DNA from: Pseudomonadota bacterium
GTDB lineage: Bacteria; Pseudomonadota; Alphaproteobacteria; Rhizobiales; CAJQND01
Direction of reading: 5' to 3'
DNA length: 50,146 nt
Assembly: GCA_039180225.1 (NCBI GenBank)
Contig: JBCDDQ010000001.1
Location: 1 to 50,146 of the forward strand
The translations under genes and the position numbers were made by a program. The notes beneath the pieces were generated by a model. That model worked only from the letters and a program-made list of their open reading frames with translations. It made no database searches and was not told the DNA's origin. Positions 8,551-17,099 of the stretch are shown here, one piece after another (the first letter of the stretch is position 1; each line of letters starts with the position of its first letter).

Positions 8551-9741
8551 TTACATGCCCGCTGCGTGGGCTTTTCGCAGTTCGCGTGCAATGATCAATT
8601 GTTGGATCTGGGTGGTGCCTTCATAAAGCCGGAAGAGGCGCACATCCCGGTAAAAGCGCTCAATACCATAGTCGGCAATATAGCCTGAACCACCATAGAT
8701 CTGAACCACGCGGTCGGCCACACGCCCCACCATCTCAGAGGCATACATCTTACAGCAGGCTGCCTCCAGGGTCAGGCTGTCGCCCCGGTCATACTTGGCG
8801 GCGCTGTCGGCCACCATGGTTTCCGCCGCGTAGCACTCGGTGTGGCTGTCGGCCAGCATGGCCTGGATCAGCTGAAACTCCCCAATGGGCTTGCCGAACT
8901 GCTGGCGCTCGGCTGTGTAGGTGAGGGCATCGTGGATCAGTCGGCGGGCTGCGCCAATGCACACCGAAGAAATGTGCAGGCGGCCGCGGTCCAACACCTT
9001 CATAGCCGTGATGAACCCTTTGCCAGGTTCACCGCCAATGATGGCAGATGCCGGCACGCGGGCATTGTCGAACACCACGTCTGAGACGTGCGCCCCGCGC
9101 TGGCCCATCTTCTTTTCAGCCGCCCCGACGCTCACGCCCGGCGTGTTCGTGTCAACGATGAAAGCGGAGATGCCGCGAGCTCCGGGAACCTCCGGCTCGC
9201 TGCGGGCCATCACCGTGAGCACGCCGGCGCGCCGGGCGTTCGTGATGTAGCGCTTGGTGCCGTTCAGGACGTAATGGTCTCCGTCCTTAATCGCCTTGGT
9301 GCGCACGGACGCCGCATCGGAGCCTGCTTCCGGCTCAGTCAAACAGAACGAGCCAACCAGATCGCCCGAGGCTAGGCGTGGCAGATAGGCCTGTTTCTGC
9401 TCTTCAGTCCCATCGATCAGAATGCCTTGGGAGCCGATACCGACATTTGTGCCCACAACCGAGCGGAACGCCGGCGAGGTCCAACCCAACTCGCGGGCGA
9501 GCGCCATTTCCTGGGTGGCCGAAAGGCCAAGCCCGCCATAGGCTTGGGGGATGGACAGGCCAAAAAGGCCTAAATCGCGCATCTTTTGCACAACGGTGTC
9601 GGGAACCAGATCATCCTCATCCACCTGCGCTTCGAGCGGCACCAATTCTTCACGCACGAAGCGCCGCACGGTCTCGATGAGATGATCCATGGTTTCAGCG
9701 TCAATGGCGCCATGAGGATGGGCTTGCGCAATGTCGTCCAT
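8551..9741 (-). CDS. Acyl-CoA dehydrogenase
   Basis: ACAD motifs: CLTEPEAGSDAAS, the C-terminal QIYGGSGY, and YEGTTQIQ near the catalytic Glu. Start moved to the internal ATG 9741 (MDDIAQAH), which has an AGGAAA RBS. Confidence 0.85.
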   Translation of the reverse strand: MDDIAQAHPHGAIDAETMDHLIETVRRFVREELVPLEAQVDEDDLVPDTVVQKMRDLGLFGLSIPQAYGGLGLSATQEMALARELGWTSPAFRSVVGTNVGIGSQGILIDGTEEQKQAYLPRLASGDLVGSFCLTEPEAGSDAASVRTKAIKDGDHYVLNGTKRYITNARRAGVLTVMARSEPEVPGARGISAFIVDTNTPGVSVGAAEKKMGQRGAHVSDVVFDNARVPASAIIGGEPGKGFITAMKVLDRGRLHISSVCIGAARRLIHDALTYTAERQQFGKPIGEFQLIQAMLADSHTECYAAETMVADSAAKYDRGDSLTLEAACCKMYASEMVGRVADRVVQIYGGSGYIADYGIERFYRDVRLFRLYEGTTQIQQLIIARELRKAHAAGM

Positions 9742-9826
9742 GGGGTTTTCCTGTTTGGGCCAGCCTGTTTTGCCCAATTGTGCGCGAGGGTCAAGGCGAA
9801 GTAAAGGCAGCGTCCAGGTCGATGCT

Positions 9827-10717
9827 TCAGCGCTTCTTTGACCTGTAGACGATGCAAACCCCGCCAGCCTGTCGCAGACGTTTACAGAATTTATTGGCTT
9901 TTTCGCGGCTGGGTTGGCCAATCCGGACCTCGTATCGCCGGGCGGCCCCGAAACTGTAGTTCACTTGACGCAAAATCATCGGCTTTAAGCCACCTAAAAC
10001 CTTCGGAAACTGGCGCTGGATCTTGCCAAATTGGCTGAGTGCCTTGCTCAACGACCAGTTGGCGGCCAAGTGCACGCCCCAAGGTTGCCAAGGCGCGCTT
10101 GCATAGCGCTGCTGCAGTGCATAGCGTTTTACAGGCAGCCGGCGGCAGGCTTCCTGAAACGGCCTGTTGGGATCGAGCGTATATTTGGCCTCAGGCGGTG
10201 TCTCTGCAGCCCAGTCCGCAGCCGGATGCCCTGTGATGATGATGACGAAGTTCTGCGTTTCTGCTGGCAGCCCGGAACGGCCCTTGCGCCAGCGAGCCAC
10301 TCGATTTTCCCCGGAGTTGTAGGCCGCTGCCGCCAGGCCCAGATTGCCGAACTGGCGCTTGAGCTTGGCGAGATACTGCGCGGAGGCCTCGATTGCCGTG
10401 GCCGGATCAAACGGGTCCTCCAAGCCCCGCATTTTTGCGGTGCCGGGCATGAACTGAGCGATGCCCATGGCCCCCTTGGGGCTGACGGCGCTGGGATTGA
10501 AGCGACTTTCCTGCCAGAGCAGCCGGGCGAAGAAACCGGGGGGCAAAGCTGCGTTACGAGCGGCTTTCTCGATGCGTTGGCACACATCGGCGATGAAGGG
10601 TGCTCCGTCGGCCTCATTGGCTGCCGCGGTCGGCGCCATGACCACAATGCCGGCCCAAATACCCGCATGGAGCAGCCGTAGGCACGGCTTGGTCAGTATC
10701 GGCAGCATCGGGGGCAC
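9827..10717 (-). CDS. Lytic transglycosylase (SLT domain) with a SPOR-like C-terminal domain
   Basis: WQESRFNPSAVSPKGAMGIAQFMPGTA catalytic-Glu SLT motif and AAYNSG. The C-terminal ~80 aa look SPOR-like (YEVRIGQPSREKANKFCKRLRQAGGVCIV). An N-terminal signal is present. Confidence 0.75.
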   Translation of the reverse strand: MPPMLPILTKPCLRLLHAGIWAGIVVMAPTAAANEADGAPFIADVCQRIEKAARNAALPPGFFARLLWQESRFNPSAVSPKGAMGIAQFMPGTAKMRGLEDPFDPATAIEASAQYLAKLKRQFGNLGLAAAAYNSGENRVARWRKGRSGLPAETQNFVIIITGHPAADWAAETPPEAKYTLDPNRPFQEACRRLPVKRYALQQRYASAPWQPWGVHLAANWSLSKALSQFGKIQRQFPKVLGGLKPMILRQVNYSFGAARRYEVRIGQPSREKANKFCKRLRQAGGVCIVYRSKKR

Positions 10718-10782
10718 CAGACCTCAGTTGATCGTGCGAGACGGTGCCATGTAACATCTGTTAGGGTGGAATGGCTAAGCAC

Positions 10783-10819
10783 AAAAAGGCGAAGCCCGGC
10801 GCGGGCAACGCCGGGCTTC
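10783..10819 (-). terminator. Rho-independent terminator downstream of amtB
   Basis: Minus strand reads GAAGCCCGGCG-ttgcccg-CGCCGGGCTTC followed by GCCTTTTTGTG. That is an 11-bp GC-rich stem plus a T-tract. Confidence 0.75.
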
Positions 10820-10918
10820 TGGGACCAGGTCCCCTGGACCGGACGGTCAGATCACGTGATGGGATTTGACCTGGCGTCCGGTGACAGGGTGAGCTTCCTG
10901 GCCATGGGTTTGATGGCG

Positions 10919-12265
10919 TCAGATCATCTGACTGCCGCGGCCAAACTCCGGATAGGCTTCAATGCCGATCTCTGCTTGGTCGAGGCCAGCCATCTCTTCT
11001 TCCTCGGTGGGACGCAGACCCATGGTGCCTTTGAGCACCAGCCAGAGCGCTGCGCTGGCGGCCGAGACGAATACGCCAACGGCAATCACGCCGGTCAGCT
11101 GAGCCACAAAGTTTGCATCCGAATTGGTGAGTGGCACAGCAAGCGTGCCCCAGATGCCGGCCAGAAGGTGGACCGGAATGGCGCCGACCACATCGTCGAT
11201 CTTGAATTTATCGAGCATGGGCACCGCGAAGACCACGATGGCACCGCCGATGCCGCCGATAATGATGGCCATCGGGACGGACGGAGTGAGCGGTTCTGCA
11301 GTAATCGCCACCAGACCACCAAGGGCGCCGTTGAGGGCCATGGTCAGGTCGATCTTCTTGTACATCACCTGAGTGAGCACCATGGCCACCACAACGCCGG
11401 AGGCAGCCGCCAGGTTGGTGTTCACGAAGATCTTGGAGACCGAGGAGACATCCTCAATGGTGCCCATAGCAAGCTGGGAGGCACCGTTGAAGCCGAACCA
11501 GCCGAGCCACAGAATGAAGGTGCCGAGCGTTGCCAGCGGCATGGAAGAGCCCGGGATGGGGCGCACTTCGCCGTCCGGACCATACTTGCCAAGGCGCGCG
11601 CCGAGGATGAGTGCGCCGGTGAGCGCTGCCCAGCCGCCGGTGGAGTGCACCAGGGTGGAGCCGGCAAAATCGGAGAAGCCCATGTCGTCGAGCCAGCCCG
11701 TGCCCCATTCCCAGGAACCCTGGATCGGGTAGATAAAGCCGGTCAGGATGATGGTGAAGATGAGGAAAGGCCACAGCTTGATGCGCTCAGCCAAGGTGCC
11801 GGAGACGATGGAGGCGGTGGTGGCGCAGAACACCATCTGGAAGAACCAGTCGGAGGCTGCAGAATAGTCGCCGGTATCGGCGCTGGGGGCCGGAATGTCT
11901 TTCGGCGAGAAGGTGCCGATGACGTCGGCGACGATCCAGGCACCATCGCCAGGATACATGAGGTTGTAGCCGACGAGCCAATACATAAGACCCGCGATAG
12001 AATAGAGCGCGATGTTCTTGGTGCACTGCATGGCCACGTTTTTGGTGCGCACCATGCCGGCTTCCAGCATGGCAAAACCTGCGGCCATCCACATAACCAG
12101 AAAGCCGCCCATGAGGAACAAGAGTGTGTTCATGATGTATTTGCCGTCGGCCGGAAGCGCGGTGCTCGCGTCCTGGGCGGCGGCGGGACTTATGATAAGG
12201 GGAACCAGGGCCGCGCCGGCAAGCACGGCGGCAGTTGTGCGTCCAGTGAGGATACGGGTCGTCAT
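10919..12265 (-). CDS. amtB: Ammonium transporter
   Basis: Multi-TM Amt family sequence (FLVMWMAAGFAMLEAG, DFAGSTLVHSTGGWAAL, HLLAGIWGTL). Start moved to ATG 12265 with a GGAGAAG RBS. Sits immediately downstream of glnK. Confidence 0.9.
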   Translation of the reverse strand: MTTRILTGRTTAAVLAGAALVPLIISPAAAQDASTALPADGKYIMNTLLFLMGGFLVMWMAAGFAMLEAGMVRTKNVAMQCTKNIALYSIAGLMYWLVGYNLMYPGDGAWIVADVIGTFSPKDIPAPSADTGDYSAASDWFFQMVFCATTASIVSGTLAERIKLWPFLIFTIILTGFIYPIQGSWEWGTGWLDDMGFSDFAGSTLVHSTGGWAALTGALILGARLGKYGPDGEVRPIPGSSMPLATLGTFILWLGWFGFNGASQLAMGTIEDVSSVSKIFVNTNLAAASGVVVAMVLTQVMYKKIDLTMALNGALGGLVAITAEPLTPSVPMAIIIGGIGGAIVVFAVPMLDKFKIDDVVGAIPVHLLAGIWGTLAVPLTNSDANFVAQLTGVIAVGVFVSAASAALWLVLKGTMGLRPTEEEEMAGLDQAEIGIEAYPEFGRGSQMI

Positions 12266-12284
12266 CTCGATCTTCTCCAATGTC

Positions 12285-12623
<339 letters not shown>

Positions 12624-12717
12624 TCACTACACCTCCTTAGGTTAATCCTGATGAGCCTCAAGCGCCCGTCATCAGGCGTGCGCGCAGGAGAGGCCCCCCA
12701 CAGTCGGCGTTAACCAT

Positions 12718-12734
12718 TTCAAGGGGTGTGCCAG
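12718..12734 (-). promoter_or_regulatory. Candidate sigma54 (-24/-12) promoter of glnK-amtB
   Basis: Minus strand reads CTGGCAC-ACCCC-TTGAA about 95 nt upstream of the glnK ATG. It matches TGGCAC-N5-TTGC except for the last base of the -12 element. Confidence 0.5.
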
Positions 12735-12808
12735 TTTTGGGGAAACCGTTAACTTATTGATTTTTAATAATATTTACGCGATTTCTGTGTTGCGCAAGAG
12801 CACAGATT

Positions 12809-12854
12809 TGCCTAATAAATAGGCTAAAAGGTTAATTTGCCTATATGTTAGGCA
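12809..12854. promoter_or_regulatory. Two 6-N5-6 palindromes; candidate NtrC-type enhancer sites
   Basis: TGCCTA-ataaa-TAGGCt at 12809..12825 and TGCCTA-tatgt-TAGGCA at 12838..12854, centres 29 bp apart. They lie about 75-135 bp upstream of the sigma54-like element. The architecture matches TGCACC-N5-GGTGCA. Confidence 0.4.
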
Positions 12855-13318
12855 GAATTGGCACTGGCGGACGCGAAGGTGCGGCGCCGTGCCCGGCGCA
12901 TGGAGCGCATGAGCGTGACAAGGATGCCTGCCAGGGCAAGGCCCAAGCCGTTGGCCACGAAATCTGCCAGATCGGTTGTGCGGTTGAACTGGCCCTGCAC
13001 GATCTCAATGATCCCGCTCAGATAGAGGATCGCACCGGCCGTGAGCAGTGCGCTGGACAGGCGGCGGCGGTGATACATGGCCAAAACGCCCACCACGGCG
13101 TAGCAGGCAAAATGCCCAACCTTGTCCACGCCCACAAATGAGAACAGATGGGACGGAACGGAAACAGGCAAAGACAGGAAGGACAGGGCAATCACCACCG
13201 CCCCGGCGCCCAGCGCCGCATAGTCTGTCCATCCAACGGTTCTGCTTTTGCGATAACCCATGTGTGGCCTCATCAGGTTTTGATCCAGAACAAGAAGAGA
13301 GCAAGAAGCGGGCCGCAC
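12848..13318 (-). CDS. VanZ-like family membrane protein
   Basis: Four hydrophobic segments, with DKVGHFACYAVVG and GIIEIVQGQFNRTTDLADFVANGLG typical of VanZ. The start is uncertain; alternative ATGs are at 13273 and 13261. Confidence 0.6.
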   Translation of the reverse strand: MRPASCSLLVLDQNLMRPHMGYRKSRTVGWTDYAALGAGAVVIALSFLSLPVSVPSHLFSFVGVDKVGHFACYAVVGVLAMYHRRRLSSALLTAGAILYLSGIIEIVQGQFNRTTDLADFVANGLGLALAGILVTLMRSMRRARRRTFASASANSA

Positions 13319-13417
13319 TCTGCGACCCGTTGGAAGGCGTCAAATCCCGGCAGAGCGCGCGATTTTGCCGGGTAGGCTTCATTTCGTCTTAAGACATTAT
13401 GAATAGCGTGCGCCGCT

Positions 13418-15442
13418 ATGGGACAGACTGCACAATCCACCCCCGAGGCGCAAGCGGATGGCGCAAAGTTAAAGAAGCTGCGCGCCCAGGCCGCAGCGCT
13501 TTACCGGCGCGGTCAGACCAAGGCGGCGATCAAGGCTCAACAGAGGTTGGTGGAGCTCGCCGGCGAAAAAGCTCAGCGCCAGGACTGGGCGTTTCTGGGG
13601 CTCTATCATTTTGCCGCCGGGGCCGAACTCAGGTGTGCGGAAATCATGGAAGAGGCCCTGCGTAAGTATCCCGATTCCAGGGATTTTCTGAACAATGCCG
13701 TGGTTGGGTTTTTGCGCGGCGGTCAACCCCGGCGCGCCGAGCCCTATCTGCATCGGGCGCTGGAGCGCGATCCGGCTTCTGCAATGCTGCATGACGCGGC
13801 CGCCAGGCTGTTTCTGGATCTCGGCGAGTTGGAGCGCTCGGTGCACCATGGGGCCCGGGCGCTGGAACTGAAAGATGAAGCGGCGGCAAAGGTTGATGTC
13901 AGCGCTCACGATCTTTCCGCCATGCCCGTGGCGCCATTCGATGGGACGCGGCCGGAGCGCAATGTGATCGCCTTTTCGCTTTGGGGCGAAGATGAGCGTT
14001 ATCTTGAAGGAGCGCGGCAGAACGCGGCCTTGGTGCGGCACATTTATCCTGGCTGGCAGTGCCGGATTTACTGCGATGAGACCGTGCCGGCCCGGGCCCT
14101 GGCGTCGTTTGGGGCCGAAGGGGCTGAGGTGCACCTGATGCCGGCGCAAAAGCGGCTCTATGAAGGGCTGTTCTGGCGCTTCTTGGTGGCGTTTGATCAG
14201 GAAGTGGAGCGCTACATTGTGCGCGATGCGGATTCGCTGGTTTCCGTGCGCGAACGGCTTGCGGTGGAGGATTGGATCGGATCTGCGCGGCATTTCCATG
14301 TGATGCGCGATTTCTACACGCACACCGATCCCATGCTTGCCGGGCTTTGGGGCGGGGTGCGCGGCGCCGTGCCGGCTGAGCTGCGCGAAGAGATGAAGAG
14401 CTATCTGGATGATCCCACCAAGACGGCCAATGCAGATCAGAAGTTCCTGCGCGAGAAGGTCTGGCCCGTGGCCCGCGCCAGCGTGCTGATCCATGACAGC
14501 AAGTTTGATGTTTTGGGGGCAAAACCCTACCCGCGGCACTCGGCCCTGGGGCGCGATGAGGCGCAGCTGAGCCATATCGGCTCCAATGCGCACTTGCTGA
14601 AAAAGCCGCCGCCGCGCTGTGCAACCGGCACCGTGAACACGCGCAGCCAATGCATCTTCACCATTGCACCGGGGCGCTCCGGTACCGCGTATACAGCCGA
14701 ACTGCTGCAGCGCAATGTGCCGCACGCTGAGGTCTATCACGAGCGCATGGGCCCAGGGCAGTTCGGGCTCCATTCGCCTGATATCTCCCACATGATGCGC
14801 TTCAACACGGAGGGAAACGCGGAGGACATTCACCAGTTCTGGCGCCGCAAGGTGGCGTTGATTGGCGCAGGGGCCGCGCCGGTCTATGCGGAGATCTCGC
14901 ATCTTTTGGCCAAGGCCGGGTTGATGGAGAATATCGGCCTCCTGTGCCGCACCACACGGGTGGATGTGGTGCTGCTGCGCCGGGGCATCACAAAGACCGT
15001 GCAGAGCTTCATCGCCCGCGGAGATTTCATCAACACCGGACTTGCCTGGGCTTTCCTTCTGGATTGGAACTATCCCAAGCGGGTGATCAATCCTGAACCC
15101 TTTAAGCCCCATGGCATGGTGGGCCGGGCCTATTGGTATGTGGCGGAGATGTATGCCCGCGGGGAGTTCTATCGGCAACGGCTCTCCGGCATTGCGAACC
15201 TCAACTTCCATGTGGCGGAACTGGAGGAGATCTCCGCTCCGCAAGGGGCCGAGCTCCTGTTAGCAGCGCTTGGCCTGCCAGCCCCGGAAGGTGGCCTTAG
15301 GACCCCTGAGGTTCAGAACAAACGCACGTTGCAGCTATTTCCCCAGATCTGCGAGGAGGCCGCCCGGCTGGTGGACAAGCTGGCGATTGACCCTATCGCC
15401 GAGGCCAGCGCGTTCCACGACAGCGGGGGCTGGCTGGGGTAG
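13418..15442 (+). CDS. TPR / glycosyltransferase-like (DxD) / sulfotransferase-like fusion protein
   Basis: aa 1-165 are helical TPR-like repeats. aa ~180-390 read NVIAFSLWGEDERY...IYPGWQCRIYCD...YIVRDADS, with the D-A-D at 14225..14233. aa ~410-674 read FTIAPGRSGTAY (P-loop 14669..14686) and LLRRGITKTVQSFIAR, which is PAPS-binding-like. Confidence 0.6.
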   Translation: MGQTAQSTPEAQADGAKLKKLRAQAAALYRRGQTKAAIKAQQRLVELAGEKAQRQDWAFLGLYHFAAGAELRCAEIMEEALRKYPDSRDFLNNAVVGFLRGGQPRRAEPYLHRALERDPASAMLHDAAARLFLDLGELERSVHHGARALELKDEAAAKVDVSAHDLSAMPVAPFDGTRPERNVIAFSLWGEDERYLEGARQNAALVRHIYPGWQCRIYCDETVPARALASFGAEGAEVHLMPAQKRLYEGLFWRFLVAFDQEVERYIVRDADSLVSVRERLAVEDWIGSARHFHVMRDFYTHTDPMLAGLWGGVRGAVPAELREEMKSYLDDPTKTANADQKFLREKVWPVARASVLIHDSKFDVLGAKPYPRHSALGRDEAQLSHIGSNAHLLKKPPPRCATGTVNTRSQCIFTIAPGRSGTAYTAELLQRNVPHAEVYHERMGPGQFGLHSPDISHMMRFNTEGNAEDIHQFWRRKVALIGAGAAPVYAEISHLLAKAGLMENIGLLCRTTRVDVVLLRRGITKTVQSFIARGDFINTGLAWAFLLDWNYPKRVINPEPFKPHGMVGRAYWYVAEMYARGEFYRQRLSGIANLNFHVAELEEISAPQGAELLLAALGLPAPEGGLRTPEVQNKRTLQLFPQICEEAARLVDKLAIDPIAEASAFHDSGGWLG

Positions 15443-15452
15443 AGGATGTCCC

Positions 15453-15528
15453 GCGCCCTTGCGAACGCGGGGGCCCATGGCTCCCACCGTTCCCTTGGCT
15501 GAGAAGGTCCTCGCTCTCGCAAGGACGC
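15453..15528 (-). repeat. 76-bp MITE/REP-like element, family A, copy 1 (inverted orientation)
   Basis: The reverse complement aligns along its full length with 48733..48808 and 49717..49792 (GCGTCCTTGCG...GGACCTTCTCAGCCAAGGG...ATGGGCCC.CGCGT.CGCAAGGGCGC). Confidence 0.8.
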
Positions 15529-15543
15529 GGCATCGGGATTGCT

Positions 15544-16335
15544 CTAGTTAGCCGCCACGTCCGCCTTCACCTCCGGATCGTAGTCATAGTGCCAGGGCTC
15601 AAACGGCGTCTGGAGTGGACCGACGAAAGAGGGCCCTGCGGCTTTGATGCTTGCGTTCAGCTTCTCTCCCCAACCTTCTTGCTGCCAGACCTTCTTAATG
15701 TCGGTGATGCGGGTTCCGGCGAAAATCTTGCCATCCTTCATGATCTGAAAGTCAACCGCCCTGGCCCGGCCATGACGCGACATGCCGGGGGCGGCCAGAT
15801 AGGCGCGGCGAGTGATTTTGAACCCTCTCAGCCAGCTCCAGAATTCCTTCGGCTTCCATTCGGCGGGCGCTTTGCCTTCCGGTTCGAACTTTTCCTTCCA
15901 GGCGGTAAAGATCTCTGCTGCGGCCACACCGACCGAGTTGTTCTTGTTCCAGTTTTTGATCTGCACATCCAGGCTGCGCACCCGGGTGCCGGCATAGAGT
16001 TCATAGCCCGGATTGGCGGCCGCAAAATGGGCGATGACCTCTCCCACCTCGGCCAGCAGCGCCTCTTGTTCGGCGGAGCCGCGATAGGCCTTGATCTGCT
16101 TCTCGGTCCAGCTCCAGCGCTTCACCAAGGGGGTTCGCGAGCGGGCATAGCTGCGCAGCGCCAGCAGGCGCCGGTCAAGATCTGGGATCTGGAAGAGGGT
16201 GTCCTTGGCGGGAGACTCCGAGAGGTTCTCAAAGATCTTCTCAAGCCGGCTCGGCTCTTCCGCCCGGGCCGAAGACGCGCCGATCAGGCCCAAGGCCAGG
16301 ATAACAGATGCACAGCTGCGCATGACCCCCGTCAT
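15544..16335 (-). CDS. Secreted LAS-superfamily (peptidase M15/VanY-like) protein
   Basis: Signal peptide, then SRHGRARAVDF (S-x-H...D metal-ligand motif) and C-terminal EPWHYDY (E-x-W-H), as in D-Ala-D-Ala carboxypeptidase-like LAS enzymes. Confidence 0.45.
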   Translation of the reverse strand: MTGVMRSCASVILALGLIGASSARAEEPSRLEKIFENLSESPAKDTLFQIPDLDRRLLALRSYARSRTPLVKRWSWTEKQIKAYRGSAEQEALLAEVGEVIAHFAAANPGYELYAGTRVRSLDVQIKNWNKNNSVGVAAAEIFTAWKEKFEPEGKAPAEWKPKEFWSWLRGFKITRRAYLAAPGMSRHGRARAVDFQIMKDGKIFAGTRITDIKKVWQQEGWGEKLNASIKAAGPSFVGPLQTPFEPWHYDYDPEVKADVAAN

Positions 16336-16338
16336 GAT

Positions 16339-17010
16339 TTACTCCATCAGCGCGTCAATGGCTCCGATGAGCTCGTCGAAGTGATCGATTACATGATCTG
16401 CTCCGAGCTCTTTCGGCGGAATGTCGGTGTACCCGAAACTGACGGCGATGGATTTCACGCCGGCATCCTTTGCCGCATCTATATCGTTGTGGCTGTCGCC
16501 CACCATGATGGTGCGGGCCCGATCACCACCCGCACGCTCAATGGTGCCCAGCACATGCCCGCCATCGGGTTTACGGATGGGCAGTGTGTCGCCGCCAACG
16601 ACGGCGCTGAAATGGTGGTCGAGATCGATTTGTTGCAGCAGCGAGTGTGAGAGCTGTTCAAACTTGTTTGTGCACACGGCCATCAGGGCCTGGCGCTCCG
16701 CCAACGTGGCCAATGCCTCGCGCACGCCCGGGAAGGGGGCTGTCTTGGCGGCGATGTTGGCGCCGTAATGTTCCAGAAACTCCGGCAGCATGGCCTTGAC
16801 CTCTTCGCGCGTGGCCGGCTCGCCGGTGGCGGCCATCATCCTTTCCATCAGCACAAGTGCGCCCTTGCCGACCATGGAGCGCACATCGGCCAAGGACACC
16901 TCGTCGCGGCCGCGGCGACGGAGCAGTTCATTGCCCGTGGCGGTGAGGTCCGGGGCGGAGTCCACCAAGGTGCCGTCCAGGTCGAAAATGATGCAGGGAG
17001 GTTTCGTCAT
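16339..17010 (-). CDS. gph: Phosphoglycolate phosphatase (HAD superfamily)
   Basis: CIIFDLDGTLVDSAPDL (DxDGT), VCTNK and VGDSHNDIDAAKDAG HAD motifs. Start moved to the internal ATG 17010. Confidence 0.8.
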   Translation of the reverse strand: MTKPPCIIFDLDGTLVDSAPDLTATGNELLRRRGRDEVSLADVRSMVGKGALVLMERMMAATGEPATREEVKAMLPEFLEHYGANIAAKTAPFPGVREALATLAERQALMAVCTNKFEQLSHSLLQQIDLDHHFSAVVGGDTLPIRKPDGGHVLGTIERAGGDRARTIMVGDSHNDIDAAKDAGVKSIAVSFGYTDIPPKELGADHVIDHFDELIGAIDALME

Positions 17011-17099
17011 GGGCGCTTTCTTGCTGGGCTTTGTCCGTGCTAATGAAGGCGCCAAAGAGCACGCCCGCATTTTGCGGTCAACAGGAGGTCGCGCTTAAC

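Noticed and set aside
13469-15244. 591-aa ORF antisense to the TPR-GT-ST gene
   Set aside because: It is Arg/Ala/Pro/Gly-rich and low-complexity, with no recognisable motifs, and lies wholly inside a better-supported gene. This is a typical high-GC antisense artefact.
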